A stretch of DNA of 64,000 bases from Pristiophorus japonicus (taxonomy: Eukaryota). A model generated the notes under the pieces. The model was not told the DNA's origin. It saw only the letters and a program-made list of their open reading frames with translations, and made no database searches. Location: NCBI RefSeq assembly GCF_044704955.1, contig NC_091999.1, forward strand, positions 21,824,001-21,888,000, in the 5' to 3' direction. Below are positions 48,936 through 62,949 of this stretch, piece by piece (within the stretch, counting starts at the first letter, position 1; the number at the start of each line of letters is the position of its first letter). A program made the translations under genes and the position numbers.

Positions 48936-51900
48936 GAACTTAGCGTGTGCCCCATAGCATCTCTCTCACCTTCGATGTGTGAATAGAGCATCATGGCTGC
49001 AAACCTGGTTTTAATTTAAATTTGAATCCACTCAGGAAATGTATTTGACAAAAGATGAACAAGTAGACCGATCATATAAATTAATTGGCAAAGCTTTAGA
49101 TTCACCAAAATGAACAAATAAACACATCAGAGCCCAATAGTCCAGCTCTGTATTCACAGGAGAATGTCTGTTATCTAACTGATCGCGTGGACAGAATATA
49201 GAAAGACCATAAGTCCAAGAACCTGTAGAATCTGTTGTAAATATCTTTCAAATCCTGACTGGTACAATCTCTCTGTTTCCTTTCAATTGAAATGACTAAG
49301 ATGAGAGGGGTTTAAGAGGAGTGGTCAGTGAGGGTGGAGAATAAGGGTGAAAGGAGTTGGGATGAAGATGGTTGGAGACAGATGTGCAAGGGGAGTTGGG
49401 ATGCGGGGTTTGGTGAAGAGTAGTGTCTCAATTTCACTGAATAAAATATAATTACTGTCACCAATACGAGTTAAGTGAAAGCTTTCTGAACTTAGGTGTG
49501 AAAGGGCGAATTGGCACAGACCCAAAAACTCAACAAATTGACTTGACAGATAGTAATTAATCAATATTTTGTTCAGTGGAACTGGGGTCCGTAGATCTCT
49601 GGCCATCTCGTTTTACTCAGCCAGGCTATCAATCCAGGATGGAGAATTTCTGGGAGATGTAGGACTAATCTACCAGTAATTGAGCGATGGGTTTGCTAAG
49701 CATGGCTAACCTGACAGAGTGTGCCAGGAACAATGAACATGTGAAGCTGCTCCATACCACTCACTTGACATCATTCCTTGCGAGTCCACAAGGTGACTCG
49801 TACTGAAACTCGGTCGATTGGGTCCAGAGTCAAATTGACGAGGGCAAGTTCCAATTTGACAAAGGGAAGCGTATATTGGTTTACGCAACCCACCTCTGTG
49901 CACAGACTTGAGAAATTAACAGGTGAGAGAGGAGAAGCATAAGGAGCAGGCGAGACAGAGAGGGGAAAAGATCTAAGGTGCAAGTTAACCCAGCCGAGAA
50001 CTCAGCAAAGGAAGGACAAAACAGAATTAGAGAATAAGTTACTGAGATGACAATTTAAAAGGTGAAAAAGGGGAACTTAAAGTTGAAACCAACACTGAAG
50101 CTGTCAGTGTCTGTGCCGAGAAAAATAAAGCACAAGATTACTGAGTGAAAGGAACCTGAAAGGATGCTGGAATTTAAGTTTGGGTGAATTATATTAGAGT
50201 GGAAGTTTTCCTGACCATGACTGTTTAAGAATTTACAGTATTCCTTTTGTCTGAAAGTCTGTCTTTGAAAAAAGCATCTGTTATGTTTGTTTTAGCTTCA
50301 CCCACTTTTCTCTGCATGGAGCTCAAAGCCATTTAACCCTTTGTTGTCTTGGATGTTGGGAGTTTTACAGAAGTGTGGATGTGTTGAGTATGTTCATTTC
50401 AATTCAGATTGTGGAACTAGTAGCATTGGATCTTTGTGATTTACATTTTGAAGTTAAAGACGCTGCTGTGGATATATTTTGACTGGGGCAAGCAGTGCAA
50501 CTCTGAAAGTCAGGCGAGTTTGTTTTACAAAAGATAAGCTTCAGCCTTGAAGTTACGGTTGCCATGTGCCTGATGCATGGTTTGAAATTTCCATAGCACT
50601 TTGTTTTTTCACATTTAAACAAATTAAATCAATATTTGTCTACTCATAGTCAGTATTTTTAGTCATTTGGAAAAGCACCTGAAGGTAACAATGATGTAAT
50701 TTACTGTGTTCTGTAAGCATGTGCTATTTTGTTTCATTTTATCTGTTCTGTATTGTTTAGTTAATAAAATATTGGTCTGAATTAAATTGGAGCTATTGAA
50801 ATTAACTACGCTATGTTTTATTCAAGGATAATAATGATAGCTTTACTAATGATTTTGCTGTTTTAACGGATTTTTAATTCTTAAGGAAGTTATGAAGTTC
50901 CAAACTTAAAAAAAAATAACCAAGTGTTGATTTAAAACAAACTTCTGTTTGTTCACTTGAGTAGTAACGAATTCAGTCTTCTGTTTATAATCAATTTATT
51001 CTTTACCATCAGCATGAAAAGCAATTTACAAGTGGAATATAGTCACAGATGGAGCACGTGTAACCAGGCACGGGTATCTCCATGCTAACGAACAAAGGAA
51101 AAAGCTTACATTTATAGACTGTTTTCTTATCAAACTGGAGCCGGCATTGCCTAATATGGTAGTCTCTGGCTACTGCATAGTTCAGAGACACAAGTTTACA
51201 ACAGCAACACATTTAGAAGCATTGCGGCCTGGCCAAGGTGATCATAAACCACTAGTTCTGGACTTTACTTATCCTAACAATATTTCTAATCCATTCTATT
51301 ATGAATATCGAAGCCTGGTTGGTCACAAAACACCAGCTGTTGCTCAGTGAAATCTGTCTCTCTCTCCCTAATAATATGAACTACATTTTCCCACTATCGA
51401 ATGAATTAAACATAAACCCCTTTCAGAAGCTGAATTAACCAGGGTCCACGTGTCAACCTGTCCCAGAGGTTTTTTTTTATGGGTTACATTACATGTTGAC
51501 AAAGTGTTTTATATCCTTCTTTGTCTTTACTAATCCTGGTTTCCTCTCAGTGTCCTTCCCTTTCCTTATATTTTCAATGTCTCTTATTGACTTCCTTACA
51601 GCATAATGCAATGCCCAGATTCCCTGAAGCTATTATCCGTGCTATCACCAATCCCAGCTGGAACAATCTAATTAGATACTACTTTCCTCCATTCCTGATT
51701 CTCATGTCTCGGGATTGCCTGTTCTGTCTTTCTATTCGTCTATATCATTTGCACTGTGTGTTTCTGGGATGTCCTAATTCGCTGAATTATGAGCTTTAAA
51801 GCCAGAAACAAGGAGAATATAGTGTCCTATATGTGGAATGACTTGAATGGCTTCATCCTCCAGAGGCAGTCTTGTCTGCAGATAAGTTGCGTCATGCTGA

Positions 51901-54574
51901 TGTGCCAGAACCAATGTTTAGCAGCGATACATGTGCTCCTCGGTGGAATCAAGCTAAAGTGATGTTCTAGTATGGGGCATCGGTTTAACCCACAGTCATA
52001 TACGTGACAGTAGTAGTCACACAATACTGTCCTTTTCCTTTACACACGGTATTAGTTTGGCCTTCACCCCATTTACTTACTTCAATCTGGCATTCTGGAG
52101 ATTCTTTGTCGAGGTTGAACCCACAAGCTGGAGCATCTATAAACCCATGTTGTCCCTTTCAGAGTACAACACTGCATATCTGGTGCTATCCAAGTTCCTC
52201 CCTTCTTAATCAGATATCTTGGATATTCCTCATACTGCTTATGGATCGGACCGAGCTCAGTCTTCCACCCTTGCAAACAGTTCTACCCTATACACCGGCC
52301 AAGATTTCGTTTCATTTCCATTTTTCCTTAGCAAAGGCAAGACCAATCCCAATGGTCTAATATCTTCACTTCTTTCTTCTTCCCTACGAGCCAAAATCTC
52401 CAATCCTATTGTCGGCATCACATCAAAGCCTATGACTTGGTTGCCCTAAACCATTTTCTCAGTTGTTCTTCATGAATAAACAAAGGGATTTGATTACTCT
52501 CTCTCTTGTCCAGTCCCTTCTGTATCACATTCATCATAAATGTCACAGAGGCTACACATGATACCTCCAGTAAGCCACATCGTGTTCCCATTCACTTTCT
52601 ATATCTATTCTGTTTACTCCTGCTAACCTTGCTGTGGCTCCTATTCTGAGCTATCCTGTCAGCTCTCACTTTCCTTGTGATTTAAACTGATTCTCCTTGT
52701 GTTCTCCATCTTCCTCATCCCTTGGTTCCTGTTTTCTCTTCTTTACTAACACATTATTTACTAATTCTCTTCCCATTTTGTCTATTAATTGTGAATATCT
52801 CCCTTCACATAATCTAGTTGATAGATTCAAGCTCATGTTTAAAACTTTTGATTTCAATGAACAATTTAAAAACACACATTGTTATATAATACATTTCCTG
52901 ATTCAGTTACTTCTAGTCCATTAAATGTGGGTTCTTTTACTGGATGGGTCAGGTCGAGTTCTTTTTGTGAGGTGGGATGTCATTTTATTTAAGTCCCACA
53001 TATGATGAACACGATCAGCGTTTGTACTTGGCAAACCAATAGTTAACATTACTGATCAACATACAATATTTCTTACTTTAAAATAACCTGCCGTCATTAC
53101 CTTTTAAGTTTGTATTGAAGTATGTTATAATGGTCTTGAATTACTTATTGTCCTGGAGTGATACTAACTCTTTAAGTGAACACTATTAATTTAGTGTTTG
53201 GGGTCAGGATGTGTTCCAACCCACCTGGTTCAGGGGAGTCTTCCTGGTCTCCTAATCTTCCCAAGGAGCACGCTTTAGGGTTCTTTCTCTATTACCACTA
53301 AAAGTATGCTTTTGAGGGTCTATACCTCGGTTTATCACGGATTCCAAAACTAACTCTTTTGAGGTCCTCTGTTTCCTACTGGAGATCGCCTCTCACTTGG
53401 ATCCATGTTTTTTTATGGAGCTTGTAAGGTCTGGCCTCCTTATCTCCCACCTTCAGCTTGTAGCGGATCTGTACACAGCCATGGCCACCTTTTCCAGACA
53501 GAGACAGGCTGACTTTTTTTGTTTTTAGCCTCTCTACAAGCTTTCTTTGTTCAGTACTTAGTGGAGGCCTTGAAACTGATGACCATTCCAGCTGTAAGGA
53601 AATCCTAATTTGGTCAGCATTCTCGCTCCTGTTAATTCTAATGCCTCTGACAAGTAGCAGTGTGTTTAACTCTATCCGGATTATTTCAAAGTCGCTTTCT
53701 CTATGGAGAATGTGTGACGACCTTGATGGTTTAAAAAGTTCTCTCACTCTCCTGTGCCACATTAGCCATTTCATGTTGTGCTGTTGTCGATAACTGAGCA
53801 TGCCTGAGACTCGTTCACACACACACGCAGCGGTATCCCAGTATCATGCCACATGTGACATCTGATCCAAGCCATTTGAGGTGATCTTATCAAAAGATCG
53901 TGGGGTGTCTGAAGATCTTTGCTCATCTCACTCTGCACGGTCCCGATGTCTCGGGTAGTGACCAGATGATCAAATTCAGTTTTCTTATTGTTCAGTGTAG
54001 GCAATGACACAAACATCTCAGAGAAATCTTAGCAATTTCCTACACATCCCTGACTTTAACAAGAATTTACATTAACACCAGATTGTACCCAGGTGATTTA
54101 TGACAATTCACCCAGGAACAATGAGTTAAGAAACATTTCTATTTGGAGATGTAACTTTCCTGTTTTCTTCTTATATCCTCACTCATTTCCTCTCATTACA
54201 TTTTATACAGTGTTCACCATTTCATTCATGAGCACAGAGGAACTTTTCTGTCGAATACAATATTATCATACTGTCTTTAAACATCGATCAAACATTCCCA
54301 CTTGGTCCAAGTTTTGACCCAGTTTCTTTGTTTAATTTTATTTAACCGAACCTCTTCTTGGACCTTTTATTCTCCAAAATATGCCAGAGAGCAATTCAGT
54401 ATCCAAGAGGAAGGATGTTAGTTACCTTTAGCATAACAGTCGCCCCCAAAAACTTATTTCTGAATACATAGTTTGGACAGAACCACAGAGACAGGACTTT
54501 TTCAAAAATAAAACTTAATTATCTCAATTTTCAGCTAAATTTTCCTTCCCATGGGTTTGACCAGTGATGCTTAG

Positions 54575-54577
<3 letters not shown>

Positions 54578-54612
<35 letters not shown>
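54578..54612. repeat. (TA)n microsatellite
   Basis: About 17 TA units. Confidence 0.95.
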
Positions 54613-54617
<5 letters not shown>

Positions 54618-54749
54618 CAGTTTTAATTTCACAAACAAATTATGCCCAGACTTTGTCATTTTACAAAGAAGACAAAAGTAACAATCGCGTTTGGATGCAA
54701 GTCATTTATCTTCCCCTTCGAGCAGTGTGACTTGGACAATAGGATTACA

Positions 54750-55330
54750 TCGGATATAGGACACAGAAACAGGCCATTCGGCCCAACCAGTCCATGCCGG
54801 CGTTTATGCTCCACTCGAGCCTCCTCCCTTCTTTCCTCATCTAACGATATCCACATAACCCTCGATTCCCTTCTCCCTCATATACTTGTCTAGCCTCCCC
54901 TTAAATGCATCGATACTATTCGCTTCAACCACTCCCTGTGGCAGTGAGTTCCACATTCTCACCACTCTCTGGGTAGAGGTTTCTTCTGAATGCCCCATTT
55001 GATTTCTTGGTGACTATCTTATGTTGATGGCCTCTAATTATGCTGGTCCCCACAAGTGGAAACACTGTGTCTACTCTATCAAAACCTTTCATCATTTTAA
55101 AAACATTTGGTCACCCCTCAGCCTTCTTTTTTCAAGAGAAAAGAGACCCGGCCTGTCCATCCTTTCCCGATAGGTACACGCTCGCCTTTCTGGCATCATC
55201 CTTGTAAATCTTCTCTGCACCCTCTCCAGTGCCACCATACCCTTTTTATAATATGGTGACCAGAATTGCACACACAAAGTCTAACCAAGGTTCGATACAA
55301 GTTTAGCATAACTTCGCTACTTTTCCATTC
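54750..55330 (-). mobile_element. CR1 LINE 3' end
   Basis: CVQFWSPYY..LERVQRRFTRM..FSLEKRRLRGD. Confidence 0.85.
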
Positions 55331-56596
55331 CACAACAATTCAATTCTATAACAATCGATCGCAATAATTTAACTCAATACTTTAAATTCTTAAGTCCAAC
55401 TGTGTCAGCATGCTGCAGATAACTGGAGATAATGTTGTCTTAACTGCTGGATCTTTTGCTATTCCATCAACCTCTTATCCAACTGGAACTGGCATTGTCT
55501 AATATGGTAGTCTTTGGCTACGGCATAGTCCAGAGACACAAGTCTGCATTTTCTTCACCATGCATCAACAATGTTAGAAGTACGTAAAACACTGGTCTTC
55601 CTGTGGCAAGCACAAACCACTAGTCTCTGAACTCTTCTTTTTCAAACATAATATTTCTAATCTAAACATTCTATGATGAAAATATCCACGGCCAGTTGTT
55701 TGCAAACACCAACTGCTGCTCAGTGAAATCTCTCTCTAATGATAACAACCACATTTTCCCCGATATGCAATGAACTAAACATGAACACCTTTCAGAAGCT
55801 GAATTAACCGAGTTCCCTATGCCAACACCCCTCTCATCTTCCATTCACTTCAACTGAAAGGAAAACGCCAGATTGTATCAGTCGGGATTTGAAAGATATT
55901 TACAACAGATGCTAGATATTCTTCGAGTTAGCATTGTTCTCTATTCTGTCTAATCGAGGAGTTTGATAACAGGCTTTCTCCTGTGAATGTAGAGCTGGAA
56001 TCTTGGGCCGGAATGTATTTACTTGTTCATCTTGTTGACTCTAAACCGTTGGCAATTATTTGATGTGATCTGTATTTTCTTAAATACATTTGCTGAATAA
56101 ATTCAAATTTAAATTGAACCCAGGTTTGCAGGCGTGAAGCTCCATTCACACATCGAAGGTGAGAGAGATGCTGTGGGGCACACGCTAAGTCCAGTATCTG
56201 AAAGTGATTCACAGACTGGGTTTTGTGTTTAGTGATCCGGGGCATGTTACCGACACCTTCCCACAATTCCAAGGGGAGGAGAGGTACTCTGGAAGGTATG
56301 GGGAACTGGCATTTGTCCACGAGAGTAACCAAAGGTATGAGAACTGAAATAATCCAGAGTTAGAAAGGAGAAAAGGCCCCAAAATGGTGGAGTCAGTAAC
56401 AGGACATCAATTAGTCTCCTCTTATCTTGGAATATTAAATGTCGACACACGCTGTTATTGAAACATCAAAATATTATATTCCAGCCCAGTTATAGGGGTT
56501 ATTATCATCAGAAACAAACTTCAACTGTCGGAATGGACACGATTCAGTCGGGATGTGATTAACAGCAGCAATGATAGCAGAATCCAACCACTGCAG

Positions 56597-57355
56597 TCAC
56601 TTGTGAACTCGCTGGTGTGTCAGCAGGCGGGATGACACAGTGAATCCCTTCCCACACACGGAGCAGATGAACGGCCTCTCCCCAGTGTGAACTCGCTGGT
56701 GTGCCAGCAGATTGGATGACACAGTGAATCCCTTCCCACACACGGAGCAGATGAACGGCCTCTCCCCAGTGTGAACTCGCTGGTGTGCCAGCAGGTGGGA
56801 TGACCGAGTGAATCGCTTCCCACACACGGAGCAGGTGAACGGCCTCTCCCCAGTGTGAACTCGCTGGTGTTTGAGCAGATTGGATGACAGAGTCAATCCT
56901 TTCCCACACTCCGAGCAGGTGAACGGCCTCTCCCCGGTGTGAACTCGCTGGTGTGCCAGCAGGTTGGATGAAACAGTGAATCCCTTCCCACACACGGAGC
57001 AGATGAACGGCCTCTCTCTAGTGTGAACTCGCTGGTGACTCAGCGGGCTGGATGACACAGTGAATCCCTTCCCGCACTCAGAGCAGGTAAACGGCCTCTC
57101 CCCAGTGTGAACTCGCTGGTGTGCCAGCAGGTCGGATGACTGAATGAATCCTTTCCCACATTCAGGGCAGGTGAACGGCCTCTCCCCAGTGTGAACAAGC
57201 TGGTGTTTCACCAGGCTGGATGACTGAGTGAATGGCTTCCCACACACGGGGCAGGTGAACGGCTTCTCCCCAGTGTGAATGTGTTGATGAATTTGCAGCG
57301 CAGACGGGTAGCTGAATCCCTTCTCACAGTCCCCACATTTCCACGGTTTCTCCGT
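56597..57355 (-). CDS. Intact 9-finger C2H2 ZNF array (252 codons) beginning at ACG instead of ATG; no KRAB seen
   Basis: Open frame from ACG GAG AAA CCG TGG AAA TGT (57355) to HQRVHK* (56597); all nine CxxC..H..H fingers intact; exon acceptor at 57719. Confidence 0.7.
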   Translation of the reverse strand, partial: TEKPWKCGDCEKGFSYPSALQIHQHIHTGEKPFTCPVCGKPFTQSSSLVKHQLVHTGERPFTCPECGKGFIQSSDLLAHQRVHTGERPFTCSECGKGFTVSSSPLSHQRVHTRERPFICSVCGKGFTVSSNLLAHQRVHTGERPFTCSECGKGLTLSSNLLKHQRVHTGERPFTCSVCGKRFTRSSHLLAHQRVHTGERPFICSVCGKGFTVSSNLLAHQRVHTGERPFICSVCGKGFTVSSRLLTHQRVHK

Positions 57356-57834
57356 GGTGCGGGTGTGGTTCTGTCTCTCCAGGTTGGATGATCAGTTGAA
57401 GCCTCCTCCACAGACAACACGTTTACAGTTTTCCCCCGCTGTGAATGGTTCGAGGGTTTTTCAGGCTGTGTAACTGGTTAAAGCTCTTTCCACAATCAGT
57501 GCACTGAAACACTCTCACTCGGGTGTGTGTGTCTCAGTGCTTTTTTCAGTCACATTGATGTTTGTAATCTTTCCCCACAGACAGAATAAACAAACATTTC
57601 TCCTTCCACATTCAAAGGCCGATGATATTCAAGTCCTGCTGAATCGAGTGACTCTATCTGATCATGACGTGATGTTTAGTTTGAGTTTCCCTCCTTCAAA
57701 TCCTCCCCTTCTAACACCCTGCAAAAGGAGTTTACAAAAGTCATCACTAAGTACAGGATCGAAATTCAGAAGAGACAATTCTAGTTTCTATGGAACATTC
57801 TTTCCTTCTGCTGTGTGGCTTTAAGTATTGACTT

Positions 57835-59705
57835 AATAAAAATAATAAAGAGGGAGAAGATATATTGAGGGTAAACTGACAAGGAACATAAATACAGTCA
57901 GAGCTTCTACAGATATATAAAAAGGAAGAGATAGCAAAAATAAACGTTGGTCCCTGAGAGAATTAAACGGGGAAATGGCAGAGACTTTAAACAAATATTT
58001 TGTGTGGTCTTCACGGTGGAAGACACTAAAAGCATCCCAATAATAATAGATAATCAAGGGTTCACAGGGAGCGAGGAACTTAAAACAATCACTATCACTG
58101 GAGAAAAAGTACGAGACAAACTATTGGGACTAAAGGTGGACGTCCCCTGGACCTGATGGCCTGCATCCTGGGGTCTTAAAAGTGGCTGCAGAGAAAGTGG
58201 ATGGATTGGTTGTAATCTACCAAAATTCCCTGGATTCTGGCAAGGTCCCAGTGAATTGGAAAACCTCAAATGCAACACCTCTATTCAACAAGGGAGGGAG
58301 AGAGAGAGAAAGCAGGAAACTATAGAGCAGTTAGCTGAACATCTATCATTGGGAAAATGCTGGAGTTCATTATTAAGGAAATAGTAGCAGGACATTTAGA
58401 AAACCATAATAGTCAAGCAGAGACAGCATGGTTTTATGAAAGGGAAATCAGGTTTGACAAATTTGCTGGAGTTCTTTGAGGATGTAACGAGCAGGGTGGA
58501 TGAAGAGGAACCAGTAGCAGTTGTGTATTTGGATTTCCAGAAGTCATTCGATAAGGTGCCAGATAAAAGGGTACTGCACAATATAAGAGCTCACAGGGTT
58601 GGGGGTAATATATTAGCATAGATGTAGGATTGGCGAACTAACAGAAAACACAGAGTCGGGATAAATGGGTCATTTTCAGGTTGGCAAACTGTAACTAGTG
58701 GGGTGCCACAGGGATCAGTGCTGGGGCCTCAACTATTTACAATCTATATTAATGACTTGGATGAAGGGACGGAGTGCACTGCAGCCAAATATGCTGCTGA
58801 TACAAGTGGGAAAGCAAGTTATGAGGAGGACACAAAGAATCTGCAAAGGGTTATAGACAAGCTCAGTGAGTGGGTAAAAATTTGGCAGATGGAGTATAAT
58901 GTGGGAAAATGTGAGGTTATGCACTTTGGTAGGAAGAATAAAAAAGCAAATTATTATTTAAATAGCGACTGCCAAATGCTGCGGTACAGAGGGATCTGGG
59001 GGTCCTTGTGCATGAAACACAAAAAGTTAGCATGCAGGTACAGCAAGTAATCAGGAAGGCAAATGGAATGTTGGCATTTATTGAAGGGGAATGGAGTATA
59101 AAAGTAGAGAAATCTTGCTACAATTGTACAGGGTGTCCGTGAGACCACACCTGGAGTACTGCGTACAGTTTTGGTCTCCTTATTTAAGGAGGGATATACT
59201 TGTATTGGAGGCAGTTCACAGAAGGCTCACGAGGTTGATTCCTGAGATGAAGGGGTTGTCTTATGAAGTAAGATTGAGCAGGTTGGGCCTGTACTCATTG
59301 GAGTTTCGAAGAATGAGTGGTGATCTTATTGAAACGTGTAAGATTCTGAGGGAGCTTGACAGGGTAGATGCAGAGAGGATGTTTCCCCTCGTGGGGGAAT
59401 CTAGAACTAGGATGCTTAGTTTCAGAATAAGGGGTCGCCCATTTAAAACGGAGATGCGGAGGAATTTCTTCTCTGAGGGTCGTGAATCTTTGGAATTCTC
59501 TACCCCAGAGAGCTGTGGAGGCTGAGTCAGTCAATATATTTAAAAGGGAGATAGACAGATTTTTGAATTATCGGGGAATCAAGAGTTATGGGGAGCAGGC
59601 AGGAAAGTGGAGTTGAAGTCAAGATCAGATCAGCCATGATTTTATTGAAAGGCAGAGCAGGCTCGAGGGATCCAATGGCCTCCTCCTGCTCCTATTTCTT
59701 ATTGT
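57835..59705 (+). mobile_element. 5'-truncated CR1 LINE
   Basis: RT motifs [18 protein letters not shown] and HLEYCVQFWSP, plus the 3' UTR. Confidence 0.9.
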
Positions 59706-59841
59706 TAATCTGTGAACCTTGACCTGAACCTTCCAAAATGTTACTGATTTTGAGGAATAGACAAAATATCTAAGCATTGATAAATGCATCATCAAACATC
59801 TCCAACTGAGCTAACCTGCTGTAACTATGTCAGTATTTGTG

Positions 59842-60270
59842 TCAGCTGTGACTCAGTGGGTAACACACTTGCCTCTGGGTCACAAGGTTGTGGGTTGATG
59901 TCGCACTCCAGAGACATGAACACAAAAATCTCAGCTGATGCTCCAGTGCAGTGCTGAGGGACTGCTGTACTGGCGGAGGTGCTGTCTTTTTGATAAGATG
60001 TTAAACCGAGACCCCATCTGCTCCCTCAGGTGGATGTAAAAGGTCCCATTGCACTATTTCAAGCAGAACAGGGGAGTTATCCCCGATGTCCTGGCCAATA
60101 TTTTCCCTTATCAGTGAAGCAGATTATCTGGTCATTATCACATTGTAAATTGGTTGCTGCGTTTCCTACATTACGATAGTGACTACACATCAAAAATAAC
60201 TTAATTGACTGTAAAGCGCTTTGGGGCATCTGGTGGTGGTGAAAGGTGCGAAATAAATGCAAGTCTTTTT
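59842..60270 (+). mobile_element. tRNA-headed Deu-domain SINE (SacSINE1-like)
   Basis: Same structure as 40515-40945. Confidence 0.7.
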
Positions 60271-60789
60271 ATTTTCTATGTGTCTTTTATTACTCTCCCT
60301 TCTCCCATTGTGCCTCCTTTTGTCTGCTGTCACTTCCCCACCTCTTCTTCCCCACCCAACTTTACAGTTCATTTCTTGTGTACATGGTCTCTCTCTCTCT
60401 ATCTCTCCTTTCCCTCACTGTATCGCTCCCGATAAGCTGTCCATTTGCCATATCTCCCAGTTCTGATCAAATGCTCTCCCTGACCCATCACCATTTCTCC
60501 TTCCTTTATCAACAACAACAACTTTTATTTATATAGCACCTTTAAGAACATAAGAGTTATGAGCAGGAGTAGGCCATACGGCCCCTCGAGCCTGCTCCAC
60601 CATTCAATAACATCATGACTGAACAACAACCTCAACTCCACTTTCCCGCCCGATCTCCATATCCCTCGATTCTCCAAAACACCAAAAATGTATCTATCTC
60701 AGCCTTGAAATAACTCTGTAAAATGGCCCCTGGTACTTCACAGGAGCATCATCAGATAGCATGACACAGAGGGTCAAAGAGGCACATTT

Positions 60790-62612
60790 TAAAGAGGGTT
60801 AAAAAGGAAAAGAGTGGCTAAAGTAAATGTTGGTCCCCTGGATGATGAGACTGGGGAATTAATAATGGAGAACAGGAAAATGGCAGAGACGTTGAACAAA
60901 TGTTTTGCATCGGTCTTCACGGTAGAAGACACTAAAAACATCCCAATAGTGGATAATCAAGGGGCGATAGGTAGGGAGGAACTTAATACAATCACTATCA
61001 GTAATGAAGTGGTACTAGGTAAAATAATGGGACTAAAGCTGGACAAGTCCCCGGACCTGATGCCTTACATCCCACGGTCTTAAGAGAAATGGCTGCAGAG
61101 ATAGTGGATGCATTGGTTGTAATCTACCAAAATTCCCTGGATTCTGGGGCGGTCCCAACAGATTGGAAAACCACAAATAACGCCCCGATTTAAAAAAGGA
61201 GGCAGACAAAAAGCAGTAAACTACAGATCAGTTTGCCTAACATCTGTCGTTGGGAAAATGTTGGAGTCCATTATTAAGGAAGCAGTAATGGGACATTTGG
61301 AAAAGCATGATTCAATCAAGCAGAGTCAGCATGGTTTTATGAAAGGGAAATCATGTTTGACAAATTTGCTGGAGTTCTTTGAGGATGTAACAAGCAGAGT
61401 GGATCAGGGGGAACCAGTGGATGTGATGTATTTGGACTTCCAGAAGGCATTCGATAAGGTGCCACATTACAGGTTACTACACAAGATAAAAGCTCACTGG
61501 GTTGGGGGTAATATATTAGAATGGATAGAGAATTGGCGAACTAACAGAAAACAGAGTCGGGATAAATGGGTCTTTTTCCAGTTGGCAAACAGTGACTAGT
61601 GGGGTGCCGCAGGGATCGGTGCTGGGTCCTCAGCTATTAACAATTTATATTAATGACATGGATGAAGAACAGAGTGTAATGTAGCCAAGTTTGCTGATGA
61701 TACAAAGATGGGTGGGAAAGCAAATTGTGAGGAGGACACAAAAAATCTGCAAAGGCTCAGTGAGTGGGCAAATATTTGGCAGATGGAGTATAATGTGGGA
61801 AACTGTGAGATTATCCACGTTGGCAGAAATAATAGAAAAACAAATTATAATTTAAATGGAGAAAAATTGCAAAGTGCTGCAGTACAGAGAGACCTGGGGG
61901 TCCTTGTGCATGAAACACAAAAAGTTAGTATGTAGGTACAGCAAGTAATCAGGAAGGCCAATGGAATGTTGGCCTTTTTTGCAAGGGGGATAGAGTATAA
62001 AAGCAGAGAAGTCCTGCTACACCTGTACAGGGTATTGGTGAGGCCACACCTGGAGTACTGCGTACAGTTTTGGTCTCCTTATTTAAGGAGGGATATACTT
62101 GCATTGGAGGCTGTCAGAGAAAGTTCACTAGGTTGATTCCGGATATGAGGGGGCTGTCTTATGAAGATAGGTTGAATAGGTTGGGCTTATACTCATTGGA
62201 GTTCAGAAGAATGAGAGGTGATCTTATTGAAACATATAAGATAATGAGGCAGCTCGATAAGGTGGATGCAGAGAGGATATTTGCATCCACTCATAGGGGA
62301 AACTAAAACTAGAGGACATAGTCTTAGAATAAGGGGCCGCCCATTTAGAACTGAGATGGGGAGAAATTTCTTCTCTGAGGGTTGTAAATCTGTGGAATTC
62401 TCTGCCCCAGAGAGCTGTGGAGGCTGTGTCATTGAATATATTTAAGGTGGAGATAGACAGATTTTTGAACAATAAGGGAGTAAAGGGTTATGGGGAGTGG
62501 GCAGGGAAGTGGAGCTGAGTCCATGATCAGTTGAGCCATGATCTTATTGAATGGCGGAGCAGGCTCGAGGGGCCAAATGGCCGACTCCTGCTCCTATTTC
62601 TTATGTTCTTAG
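60790..62612 (+). mobile_element. 5'-truncated CR1 LINE
   Basis: QHGFMKGKSCLTNLLEFFE, DFQKAFDKVPH and FADDTK; tail TTCTTATGTTCTTA. Confidence 0.92.
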
Positions 62613-62949
62613 GGTCTTAAAGGAGGAAGGAGAGGTTTAGGGAGGGAATTCTGGAGCTTCGGGCCTAGGCAGCTGAAGGCATGGCCACCAATGGTGGTGT
62701 GATTAAAACCAGGAATGCGAGGGAGGCCAGAGATCCTGGAGGGTTGTCGGGCTGGAGGAGGTTACAGAGATAGGGAGGGGCGAGGCTACGGAGGAATTTG
62801 AAAACAAGGATGAGAATTTTAAAATTGAGCTTCATGCCCAGTCACCATTTCACCTTTCTTTACGGACGCTCCCTGACCACTCTCCATTTCTCCTTCCTTT
62901 ACAGACGCTCCCTGGCCACTCTCCATTTCTGCTACATTTTTTGAAATAT

